From the NCBI RefSeq assembly GCF_048593235.1, contig NC_133619.1, forward strand, positions 642,608,558 through 642,672,557: a stretch of DNA of 64,000 nucleotides, read 5' to 3'. Shown here one piece after another: positions 12,336-32,238 of the stretch (the stretch's first letter is position 1; every line of letters begins with the position of its first letter). The notes under the pieces are model-generated. The model made no database searches and had not been told where the DNA came from. It saw only the letters and a program-made list of their open reading frames with translations. The position numbers and the translations under genes are program-made. Origin of the DNA: Sminthopsis crassicaudata (taxonomy: Eukaryota).

Positions 12336-13530
12336 TGCTCTTTGGAGTGAACTCTGGCAGTCTGAGGCTGGAGCTGTTCCCGAAGGCTTTCTTACTGCCT
12401 CAGAGCTCCCCCTGGTGGTGAAGTCTCTGATGTCAGTTAAGGACAGCTCTCCCCACCCCAAAGGATCTCCTACAGGCAAGGCTTCCTCGGGGCTTCCTCT
12501 CACTGTGAATCTGCGGTCTCCCGAAGTTTCAGGGGTGCTCTGACCACACGCGGCACACACGACCTGCTGAGTCTCTTCTGAACCAGCGCAGCCATCGTTT
12601 TGGATTTCCTTTCCAGGGGAGCGATATACTTCCTTTCCCCCCTGCCAGGCCCACCCACCACCATGTCCTGTCCCTGTCCCTTGTCCGGCAGCTTCCCGAG
12701 GCCCCCAGTGATTTGCAGCAGAGACTGGAAAATGACAGTGAAAGGACCCAAGGGAACAGAAGGGCAGCTGTGAGGGGTCCCCACCAGTCAATGGCGCGGG
12801 AGGAGGGTATTAGTCCTTCCCTTGGGGTCCTCAGGACCTCCCAGCGACCATAGAACTCATTTAGTGTCACCCACTCGTTTTCTAGATGGAAAAGTGGAAG
12901 TCAAAGCTGGACTTCACCCCCCTACACCCACTGTTTCTCCATTCTGGGCTGCCTCAGTTTCCTTCTTTGTAAATGGAAAGATTGCTGCCTGATAGCAGCA
13001 GACGACTTCCCCTTCCCTCTCTGTGTAGCTGGTTCTGATGACCTCCCAATGGGAGTGAGGGAGAGGGGGGAGTGGAGTTAAAGCTGTGACTGCCCGGAGC
13101 TGTCCAGCCTCAGGTCCCTGGGGGAACTGGGCTCTGAGAGTCACCGCTGTGCTCCCAAATCACCAGAGGCTCCCCGGTATCTCCGAGGAAACAACCCCGA
13201 GTCCGGCAGCTCCAGGCTTTCCTTCCTCCCCAGAATTTACTGGTCGCTCTGGGGACCCCGTCCCGCTTCCATGCTTTTGGCCACGCTGTGCCCGGTGCCT
13301 CTTCCTCTCTGACTCCTGATCTTCCTGGCTGCCTTCTACAGGAAGCCTTCCCTGATTCTCCTGCACTCCATGCCTTGCTTAATTACCCCCTGTTCATGCT
13401 GGTTGCAAGTATAGCTTTGGATGCAGCCTCCACTGGACGGAGCGCCCAGAAACCTTCTACTTAGCACAGTGTTGGGCACATATTAGGTGCTTAATACATG
13501 TAGAAGAGATGGGGACAGTTCTATAGATAT

Positions 13531-13725
13531 AAACTGAGGGCTGATTGGGCTGAGGCCTCTCTGGTCAGATGGGTAAACTGAGGGCTGATTGGGCTGAAAT
13601 CTCTCTGAACAGAGGGGTAAACTGAGGCTTGGCTGGGCTGAAACTTCTCTGGACAGAAGGGTAAACTGAGGCCTGGATGGGCTATGAGACCTGTCTGGTT
13701 AGGTAAACTGAGGGCCGAGTGGGTT
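13531..13725. repeat. About 44-bp tandem repeat (5 copies) built on a MIR-like AAACTGAGG core
   Basis: GGGTAAACTGAGG(G/C)...GGGCTGA recurs at about 42-44 bp spacing. Confidence 0.8.
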
Positions 13726-14260
13726 ATGAGACCTCTCGGTCCGGGCACGTGCTCCTCCTCCACTCCTCCATTTCTGCCAGCTGGGACTCGCGAGGGAGGG
13801 TGAGCGGGCGAGAAGGGCGCATGCCTGCAGCGCCCCTCCTGCCTCCCGTGGACCTGGGCGCAGACAGAACCGGAAGCGCAGTCTGCCTCTTTTCTGCTCT
13901 CTCTCGCGGGGCCGCTCTAGACGCTGTGGAGGTCCAGGCTCTGCCCCAGGACGCCCGCTCTCCGGGAGCCTCTTTAGCCTCTGCTCCAATGGCCTCGGGG
14001 TGCAGCCCCTCTATTACCGGGGCGCGACCCTGTATTCCCGCCCACAGTCTTCCCCCCGATACAGAGCAAGGGTCTACTCGTTTCTATGACAACTGCGGGG
14101 GTAGGGGTGCACCGGCAAAGACAGTGCCATAGCAACCGCCTGCATCTGCGTAGTCATTCATCGAGCGCGCGAAGCCTCCTGGGATAGGTAGTCCGATGGA
14201 GGAACCCTAAGGACTCCTGTGCGCGTGCGTGTGGCCTCCCCCCACCCCCGGCTCTGTGGT
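13725..14260. promoter_or_regulatory. CpG-rich promoter-like island with no gene assigned
   Basis: ETS site ACCGGAAGC (about 13869), NRF1-like GCGCATGC (about 13817) and TGCGCGTGCG (about 14220), and high CpG density. Confidence 0.5.
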
Positions 14261-14417
14261 TTAGGTGGTTCTGGGTCCGACATTCTAGGCTTCAGAAGGC
14301 GCTAGAAGACCCGACCCCCCCCCGCTCCCCCCGACCCTGCATGTTCCCAGAGAAGCGCAGGAAGAGCCAGGAAGCCGCAGAGACGCAGCCGGGAATCCGT
14401 CAGTCAGTCTACAGGCC

Positions 14418-14423
14418 TTTATT
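14418..14423 (-). terminator. Polyadenylation signal (AATAAA) for RNF225
   Basis: TTTATT on the + strand, about 440 nt downstream of the RNF225 stop codon. Confidence 0.7.
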
Positions 14424-14864
14424 ACAAACGCCGACCCGATCCTCCCCAGCTTTGCAGAGCTCTTGGCTTGTGCGAAGGGAACCGGGGCTTGGGGGGTGGG
14501 GGGGTCACAGGGCTTCCCGGCCGTGCCCCCAGGAGGGGAGGGGGCGGCAAAGCAGTGGGGTACGGGCTCCCCCTGCGCCCGAGGAGGGCCGGGGGCACAG
14601 CTCAGCGATCCCCGCCCCACCCCCAACCCGGAGAGGAAGCTAATTCTCCCCTGACTCTGGCCACTGTACGTCTTCCGTTCACTACCTGCAGCCCCTGAGG
14701 CCTTTTCTGGGCCTCAGTTTGCTTCTCTAGAAAATGGGGGAATTGTACCAGATCATTCCAGGGGTGGAAGCCCAGACGTGGGGCCCACGGTGACCGTGCC
14801 AGCCAACCCTGTTCATCTTCTCGGGCTGCCTCAGTTTCCCCATCTATGAGCCTCGGGACGGCTC

Positions 14865-16646
<1,782 letters not shown>

Positions 16647-17726
16647 TCAGCGGGGGAGGGAGAGAGAGCTCCTGGAGTTGAAGCTGCCGGGGTTCCTGGC
16701 GGCCGGATGCCCGAGCCCTCCCTGAGGAGACAAGGGGGACTAGGACCCAATGCTGGGCCAGGAGGGCCGGGGAGCCGCTCCAGTCGGAGAGGGGGGGCAC
16801 CTACCTGTCCCGGGGGAAAGCGGCGGGCACTCTGGCCCCCGCCGAGCTGGCCGCCCGACTCCCCTCCCGCCCGGGCCGCCCCGGCCCGGCCCCATCCCGA
16901 GCCTGGCATTCCGGTCTCTCCGAGATCATCTTCGAGGGGGCGGGGCGGGGTGGGGTCCACTCATAACCCCGGCTTGGCTTCCCAGGCCAGACCGGGTCGG
17001 CCCGCCCCCCGTGCTCCCGGCCCGACCGGTTGGGCCACCTCCCTACTGGGGGGGGAGCGGGCGGGACCTCCCCGGGGCCGGCCCCCCCAGCCGGTGCACC
17101 TGTGGGCGCCGCCCCGCCCCTCGGGCCGGCCCGGATGGCGGAGGCGGCCAGGAATGCCGGCCTGTCTCAGAGGTACCGCCGACCCCCCCAGGCTCCAGGA
17201 GCGGCGTCAGGGGGTGTGTCCTGGCCCAGCTGCTCCAAGAAAGCCTGGCACCCCAAATGCCTGTGACCTGCGGCCTTGGCATTCAGAGCCTCTGAGGGGG
17301 AGGCAGCAGGGCCAAAGGCTCAACAACCCCCCCCTTATTCCAGCCAGAGGAATGCTGGGCACGTGGGTCACCAGGGTCCCCTGGCATTCTGGGGATGCTG
17401 CCAGCTCAGGCCCCAGAGCCCCCAGCCAGCCCCACACTGTGCCCCCTTCACGCTCTGCCATGTGTCTGTCCACAGACCCAGATTGCCCCCCCCCATGCCA
17501 GCCTGTGCTTCCTTGAGTGCAGGCCCAGCCCATTTCCCCCACAGTCTGTGCCTCCAGCCTTCTAGCATTGTCTGGGACCATTGCTGGTGCACATAGACCC
17601 AGCCCATGCCCCCCATCCCTCTGCCATGTGTGTGCAGGCCCAGATCCCCCCAGCCCAGCTCCAGAGAAGCAGACAGCAGACACAGGCACAGAGAAGGACC
17701 CTGCCCCATTGCAGGGGGAGGGCACA

Positions 17727-17732
17727 TTTATT
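17727..17732 (-). terminator. Polyadenylation signal (AATAAA) for RPS5
   Basis: TTTATT on the + strand, about 20 nt after the RPS5 stop codon. Confidence 0.9.
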
Positions 17733-17752
17733 AGAGACAGAAGTTGCCCGCC

Positions 17753-20610
<2,858 letters not shown>

Positions 20611-20761
20611 CAGCAAAGCCGCTGCCGGCTGGGAAACTCAAGGCCCGGCCTGCCCTTCACGGCCCTCTCCGCTCGTGCCTCAGTTTCCTCCGTGCAATGC
20701 GTTGGGGGGGGAGCACGGGGGGCGGCAGACGCCAGGCAGAGGCGCGAAGGCCCGCACTCAC

Positions 20762-21050
20762 TCGGTACTAGTCCTCGGTCCTCGGTCCACGCGGGGCAGG
20801 GGGAGGGTCTCCGGACGCCGGGCGCGGGGTCTGCAAGTGCTGCCGCGTTTACTCCACGCGCCTCACTCAGGCGCCGGAACAGGAAAGAGGCCGCGCCTGC
20901 GGGGTCTCGGACTTTATATGAGCCATGACTGCTTCCGGGTCGCCAGCTAGGGACGACCGTGCGCAAGCGTGCTGAGCAACCCGGAAAGGCCGGGAGCCCG
21001 CTCCTATTAACACGTGGGACGCAGGCTTTGAGACTGCGCATGCGTCCGCG
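20762..21050 (-). promoter_or_regulatory. RPS5: RPS5 promoter and exon 1 with 5'TOP tract
   Basis: Minus-strand CTCTTTCCTGTT TOP start at about 20889. TATAAA at 20918-20913 (about -29). ETS CTTCCGG at about 20932. NRF1 TGCGCATGCG at 21035-21044. Donor GA|GTGAGT at 20762/20761. Confidence 0.88.
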
Positions 21051-21555
21051 ACCAGAGCCACAGTTTAGAAAGCTTTATGTTTCCATTACCTTTAGGCCCC
21101 TCCCCCGCGGGGCCACGCACTTTCCCTCCCTCCTCCCATGGCCCTGCGCCCCCTCCCCCGCGTGTCCGCGTCCTCTGCTGGTCCCCGCGTCCGGGACGAC
21201 TCCCCCCTCCGGGGCCGTTTGAGCCGCACTCCGGTTTTCTGGCCCGCGTTGGTAGCGCTCTTGCGTACGTCCCCCTGTCCCACAGGACCTGGGGAAGGGG
21301 GCCCAGGCCTAGCGCTGGGGAGTGGCCCCGCCTTTGGGAAGCTGCCTCTCTAACCCGAGAGAGACGTGCAGGGAAAGAGGAGCCGTCGGGCAGTGGGTGC
21401 TGGGCACCGGGAACGAAGAAGGTTACCGAATCCCGTTCGTCTTAATTAATGAATGGGGGGTGATGTTCCCTGGATGCCCCCGAGGAGCTCTCGCACCAGA
21501 GGGCCAGCGGGATCTTGGGGCTTATTCCAACCCGATGCTCTCTGCAGACGCTGGG

Positions 21556-21900
21556 GTTTTATTTATTTATTTATTTATGAAATATATGCCTGAGTAATTT
21601 TTCAACACTGATTCCTGCAAAACCTTCTGTTCCAAATTGTCCCCTCCTTCCCCCACCCTCTCCCCTAGATAGGAGGTAGTCCAGTACACTAAATATGTTA
21701 AAATATATGTCAAATCCAATGTATGTGTGCATATTTCTACAGTTATCTTGCACAAGAAAACAAAATGCAAGCAAACAAGAGCAAGGAGGGAGAGTGCTGT
21801 GTTGTGTCCACACTCACCTGGCACTGTCCTCTCGCTGGCTCTCTTCATTGCTGAATGATTGGAACTGGTTTGAATCAGCTCATTGTTGAAGAGAGCCAGA
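21556..21900 (-). mobile_element. Older L1 3'UTR fragment
   Basis: (TTTA)n tail on the + strand followed by marsupial-type L1 3'UTR-like sequence. A related fragment lies at about 26230-26640. Confidence 0.55.
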
Positions 21901-21982
21901 ATGGCTCCATCTGTTCCCAGTTCCCCCATCAATGGATCAGTGACCCAGATTTCCCACAGCCCCTCCAATATTAGTGGTATTT

Positions 21983-22375
21983 TATCTTTTTTTTTTTAAA
22001 TTTTTTTTCACAGTATATATGCATGAGTAATTTTTTAAAATAATATTATCCCTTGTATTCATTTTTCCAAATTATCCCCTCCCTCCCCCTACTCCCTCCC
22101 CTTGATGACAGACAATCCCATACATTTTACATATGTTACAATATAACCTAGATACAATATATGTGTGTAAATACCATTTTCTTGTGGCACATTAAGTATT
22201 AGATTCCGAAGATATAAGTAACCTGGGTAGATAGACAGTAGTGCTAACAATTTACATTCACTTCCCAGTGTTCCTTCTCTGGGTGTAGTTGTTTCTGTCC
22301 ATCATTGATCAACTGGAAGTGAGTTGGATCTTCTTTATGTTGAAGATATCCACTTCCATCAGAATATATCTTCAT
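21983..22375 (-). mobile_element. Young 5'-truncated L1 3'UTR insertion, same family as 19905-20337, with 14-bp TSD
   Basis: TSD TATTAGTGGTATTT at 21969-21982 and 22376-22389. Poly-T at the left end. Its reverse complement aligns by eye to 19905-20337. Confidence 0.9.
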
Positions 22376-22469
22376 TATTAGTGGTATTTTAACTAGGACT
22401 TGAAGTCAGGAAGCTCAGTAGTCAGAGTGAGCTCTCCAGGCTCATTGGACCCCCGCAGCATCTCTGTTG

Positions 22470-22672
22470 ATTTCATCTCTGCAGCATCTCTTGTCAATGT
22501 CACCTCTGCAGCATCTCTTGTCAATGTCACTTCTGCAGCATCTCTTGTCAATGTCACCTCTGTAGCATCTCTTGTCAATGTCACCTCTGTAGCATCTCTT
22601 GTCAATGTCACCTCTGTAGCATCTCTTGTCAATGTCACCTCTGCAGCATCTCTTGTCAATGTCACCTCTGCA
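22470..22672. repeat. 27-bp tandem repeat (about 7.5 copies) inside an L2-like fragment
   Basis: Unit GCAGCATCTCTTGTCAATGTCACCTCT. Flanks resemble L2. Confidence 0.9.
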
Positions 22673-25019
22673 CTTTCTCTCCAGTGCACCCTCTTGTCTA
22701 ACGTTGCCCACCCCCTGGTACAGACCCTCCTCACTTCATACTAGACTATCACAACATGGCCTGGGGATGTCTGCTTCCCTCCTGGTTCTCCCCAATTCAG
22801 TTGATCCTCTCTGGCCACCAAAGTGATTTTCCCTGTCACCCCTGTGACACTCTAGTGGTTGATAAATGTACATTGACTGATTGACAGGATCAGGAAAGGC
22901 TTTCTGTAAGCCTTTCAGCACCACTTACAGGCCCACCCAGCCCATTGTCCTCTGTCTTCCAGCAGAGCCCCAAATCCTTTCTCTGTGTTCTAGTAGCAAG
23001 TGAGTTAGAATCACGAGGCAGCCTCCAGGGGAGCCACTCCTGCCGATGTGCGCCCCTTGGCGCCGTGGCCGTGTGGGGTCTCATACCTAGACTGCTGGAA
23101 AGCCAGCTCCCTCTCGCCAGAACTTTGGCCATACTCGTGCACATTGGCACGGACTCCCTTTTGGTGCCATTTTTCCTGTATTGAGGGATAGATTTTTATA
23201 CCCAAATGGAGAGAAATCAAGTGAGACTTCAGATCCTCTGCTTGCCGTCCCATATAGTCCATCTCTCGATTTCCCTGTCAAACCCTCAGCTCCCTGGAGC
23301 TTTTCTTAATGGGTGCTGGGGGAACTTTTCAGTGGGAAATCTGGTCAGTCCTTTGGTTGCCGATAGCTGCCTTCCATTGTTCCTCAGTGGTACTGGCAAT
23401 CCCTTCCCCAGATGACACGGGGTTTGCGGGCCTCTGCCCTGGCCCTGCAGCTCCCAGAGACCTGCCCCTCCAAACACTAGCTATACCTAGCATTTACATA
23501 GTACTTCATGGTTTATATACATTTGTGTGTACACACAGACAGGTGCATATGGATGTTATCCTATTTTATTCTTATTAAAACCATGGGAGGCTGGCACGAG
23601 CATTAGAGGAGGTAGATGGTGGTGAAGTGTCCTGCCCAGGGTTTTATAGTGTCTAAGGCAGAATGGGAACTCCAGTTCCAATAAATGTTCTGTAGAGTGC
23701 ACCACCCAGCTGCTTAGGAGCTCTCTGTCCATCTTCTTTCTTCCTGGCTGTGCTCAGTTGGTTCAGACAGAAATTTAGAAGTCACATTAATGAAAATCTG
23801 ATTCTCCTTTTTAATTATTTTCCTTTGACCCCCAAGATAATCCTGATCGCTAGGAACGAGGGAGTGAGGTCTAAGACTAATGAAAAACCAGAGGCAATAC
23901 TCCCTATAATGCCACAAACCCAGCACCCCAGTGGTAGGCCAGCTTCTGCCTGAAGCCTCTGAGAAAGGAGAGCCCCCTGATCTCAGGTCGCTTCCCCGCC
24001 CCTGGAGATTGGTCCCTCCCCACCCCTGCTGTCTGTCCGACAAGCTTGGAACCCGTGCTTCCCTTAAGGACACCCAGCTTCCTTCAAGGGTCCCCTGGGA
24101 CGACAGCAGCTGCCCAAAACGGGGGCTCTCCCTGCCCACTGAGAGCACGAGGCCTAGAGCTTGGCGAGCGAGCCTTGATGCTGGCGGACCGTGGAAGTTC
24201 TCTCTGAGAACCCCCAAACCCTCCTCTTTCCCCTCCTTTCTCTTCTTTCCCCTCCTCTTGGTTGCTGCCATCTTGCACTGAAGGGTGCCTCGGCCTCTGC
24301 AAAATCAGGCAGTTCCACAGGTCTCTGACACAACGAGGATGGGAAATGCTGCCATCATCTTAGGCCAACCTACCCAAAGAAGCCAGAACAAGGTGGAAGC
24401 TCAGCTCGGCCTGCCAATGGAGGTTCAGATTTCATCCCAAGCCAGGGAATGAGCTTGCTCACCTTCTGCACGCTTCCATATGAACATGACCACTGAATGA
24501 TTCTCCACTTTCATTTACACTTGCTCACCCCCTGCACATTATGAAGGCCTCTCAGCCTTGCCCATCCGGCCTCCACATCTCTCCTTGTTCTGTCCTTTTT
24601 TTTCTCCACTGCCACAGAGAATGAGCCATGGGACCTCCAGCCTTCTTTCTTTCTCTGCTGGATTAAGGCTCAGCCTTCTGTTTGCTCTCTCTGCTTCTGA
24701 CCCGTCACACAGTCCCACATGGTCTTTCTAAGGCACAAATCAGACCATGACCAGCTTTGCATGTCCAGAAGCCTCCTTCAATGGGTCCCCTCTGCCTCTG
24801 GGATCAAAGGGAGGATTGCTCCTCGGCCCTCCCAATCACCTTTCCAAACAAATATCTCAGTTTCATGCACTCCAAGCTCCAACCAAACCCACCATTCCAA
24901 TTCTGGCCTCGTGCCCCTTTGCCCTTGGCCCAGTGTCCCCCTGCCTGGAGCACTCCCTTTCAGTGTCTTTGCCATTGGACTCTGCAGTTGACTCTGAGAC
25001 TCCCTTCACTGATGGTGGC

Positions 25020-25450
25020 CTCCTTGGGAGGCTTCTTCTTGTTGCCTTTTCCAGGAGACTCCTCATTGCTTCCTCTGGGAGTCACCTTCTCATGGCTTCC
25101 TCCAGCAGGCTCCTTCTTGTTGATTCCTCAGGGAGGCTCCTTCTTCTTGCTTCCTCCAGGAGGCTCCTTGTTGCCTTCTCCAGGAGTCTCCTCATTGCTT
25201 CCTCAGGGAGGCTCCTCCTTGTTGCTTCTTTAGGGAGGCTCCTTGTTGCCTTCTCTAGGAGTCACCTTCTCATGGCTTCCTCCAGGAGGCTCCTACTTGT
25301 TGATTCCTCAGGGAGTCACCTTCTCATTGCTTCCTTCAGGAGGCTCCTCATTGCTTCCTCCGGGAGGTTCCTCCTTGTTGCTTCCTTAGGGAGGCACCTC
25401 GTTGCCTTCTCCAGGATTCACCTTCTCATTGCTTCCTCAGGGAGGTTCCT
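25020..25450. repeat. 21-27-bp frame-preserving tandem repeat (about 18 units)
   Basis: Minus-strand units read LPEEAMRR / SLLEKATRR / SLPEESTRR. ATGAGAAGGTGA recurs four times in one frame. Confidence 0.85.
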
Positions 25451-27379
25451 TCTAGTCATTCCCAGTGTCTTGTCCTTCCTCCATTGCGCTTCCGCTCTCT
25501 TTTTCTTCCTCTTGCCATGCTTGTGTTGATGTTTCAGTATCCTCCTTAACTGGAGAGACTTCTTTCTTTGGTACAGCTTGGCGGCCAGACTGGAAAAGTG
25601 CCTCTTAAGGAAGAGGCGGAGGCGGGCTCTGGCCGTGGTGCTGAGATCAGCAATGCAGGCCAATGGAAGCTCCCATAGGAGGGGTTCTGGGCACTCTGCC
25701 GTGTGAGGCGTGGCCACCCAGGACTTGGCTGTCAGGATCCTGAGGCCGGAGAAGGTGTGGGTGTTGGAGCAGGATGACCAGAGCCTCCCCCCTTCACAGA
25801 TGATGAAAACAAGCTAGGAAAGGAAGGAGCCCCCCCCCCCCCTGCAGAACCCCAGCCCCTGGAGGGATCCCACTCACTCCAACAACCTCTTTCTTTCTAA
25901 GGAGGCTGATGATGGATGTATTGATAGATGACAAACTGATGGCAGGTTTAAGTCTGGGGATATGCACGGCATGGACAAAGTCCCAGGTGGGAGGGAAAGT
26001 GGGGAGGGTGACAGGTGGGCATCCAACTAAATCAGCCACTCAATAGGCATTAATAGTCTCGTGTGTGTCAGGCCCCGAACTAAGTGCTGGGGATATAAAG
26101 AAAAAGGAAAACACAGTTCCTGCCCTCGAGGGGCTCCCTATCTCTGGGAAGACGAGCAGAGAGAAGAAGGAGCTGCAGGGTAAATGAGAGAGAGAGTTCC
26201 CAGAGAGAAGGCAGCGGAATTAAGAGATCCTGGGAAGGGCTTCCCGCGCATGGTGTGGTGTTAGCTGGAGCATTTTCCGAAAGCGAACAACAACAATGAC
26301 CTTGTGATGGAGAGAGCCATCTGCACCCAGAGAGAGGGGTGGGAGCTCAGGTGGAGCACAACGCAGCATTCTCGCTTTTTGTCGTTGTTCGCCGGCGTTT
26401 TGCTTTCTTTCTCCTTTTTCATCGGATTTTCCTTGTGCAGCAGGATAATTATGGAAATATATTGGGAAGAACTGCACATGTTTAACCTATTTTGGATCAC
26501 ATGCCAACTAAGGGAGGGAGGAGGGAGAAAAATTGGGCACGCGGGCTTTTGCAAGGGGAAATGTTGAAAATGAGCTTCGCGTGTGTTTGGAAAAGAAAAA
26601 GCTATTATCGAAATAAAATAAAATGGGGAAAAACCCAACTAACGCTCCAGAACGTCACAGCATTTCTACCCGACAATCACCAAATCCAGAGGGAAAGAAA
26701 CGAGTTTGGTTTAAAATAGCCGCAGCTAGGCGGCGCAGTGGATGGAGCACCAGCCCTGAAGTCGGGACAGAACTGCTTAGCTGTGTGACCCTGGGCAAGT
26801 CACTCAACGCCCACTAGCCACCAAGTGGGTGCCATCTCTGGAAGTCCGGCACACCCGCTAGCAAATGTCCTACAGAGGAGGAGGTCAGACGGTTCCCGTT
26901 GGCTCTGTAGGGCAGAGCTAGAAGCCCGTCCCACAAGTGGGAGGCGCTCGAGGGAGGCTGCAATTCTTGCCCCCATTTCACAGATGTCCCATCCCCTTGA
27001 AAGTCTTTAGGGGGAAGCTGGCCGGGCGAGCCCTTGCTGGGCGGGCCGCCCCCGGCGCGGGGAGGACGGCAGGCGTCTGGGGGGGAGGGTCGGGGGCTGG
27101 CGGAGGGATGGCAGCGCCCCCCCACCCCGGCAACGAACAAGCAGACCCCCGCAGACTTCTCTGCCCAAGTCCCGGGAAGAAAGCAAGAAGCGCTGCAAGC
27201 CGGGCTGGAGAGCGGAGGGCGCTCTCCCTGCGGGACCCACCGCGGCCTCCGGGGCCGGGAGGAAGGGGAACTTGGCAGGGGGGATTCCCGGGGAAAGGGA
27301 GGCAGGACAGCCAGGGGCAGCCCCGCCCCCGCCCTCCAAGTGCTCGGCCCCGGGGAGGGGAGGGGAGGGGCGGGCGTAC

Positions 27380-27582
27380 CTCGTCTTCCCAGAAGCCTCC
27401 ACGCCAGGGCTGGAGGATTCGAGACATTTGGTCCTCCCGAGCGCCCAGAGCGGCCCGGGACCGGGACGGCGATAGAAGGGGACTTAGGGACCGACCGCGG
27501 CGCTAGATCGTGAAGTGACGTCACCAAGAGGCGGGGCTCAGGAGGAGCGACTTCCGGGCGGCGCGGGACAGCAAAAATTGAG
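27380..27582. promoter_or_regulatory. Bidirectional CpG promoter: ZNF497 exon 1 (+) and a candidate divergent exon (-)
   Basis: CRE palindrome TGACGTCA 27516-27523, GC box 27528-27537, ETS ACTTCCGG 27550-27557. Plus donor GAG|GTGAGG after 27582. Minus donor GAG|GTACGC at 27380/27379. Confidence 0.8.
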
Positions 27583-27914
27583 GTGAGGAAAGCGCGAGAG
27601 GGGGCGGGGGGCGTCTCTGCATCTCCCCATCTCTGTGCATCCTCCTATCTCTTCATCTCGTTATCTCTCCATCACTGTCTCTGCATCTATCCCTATTTCT
27701 GCCTGTCTCTGTATCTCCTTATCTCTCATCTCCCTATCTCTCCATCTCTATCTCTGCACATTTCTCCCAGCTGCTCCCCCCTCCCCTCCCACCGTGTTGG
27801 GAGGGCTCAGGGCCTCCCCCTCCCCCAGCCCTGGGGAGCCCCCTCTAACCTTGCATTTCTCCCTGTCTCTTCAGGCCTGCTCTGCCAAAGCCTCCACTGC
27901 CTCCACGAAGGACC

Positions 27915-32238
<4,324 letters not shown>

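Noticed and set aside
11471-12421. 316-aa His/Thr-rich ORF
   Set aside because: Translation of a (CA)n-type low-complexity repeat.
24747-25529. 260-aa hydrophobic plus-strand ORF
   Set aside because: Its start lies in L2-like sequence and the rest is the stop-free strand of a tandem repeat. No splice or promoter support was found.
21100-27400. Expected ZNF837 orthologue between RPS5 and ZNF497
   Set aside because: No C2H2 repeats (TGEKP linkers, CxxC...HxxxH) were found on either strand. A faint similarity near 23100-23170 is too weak to call.
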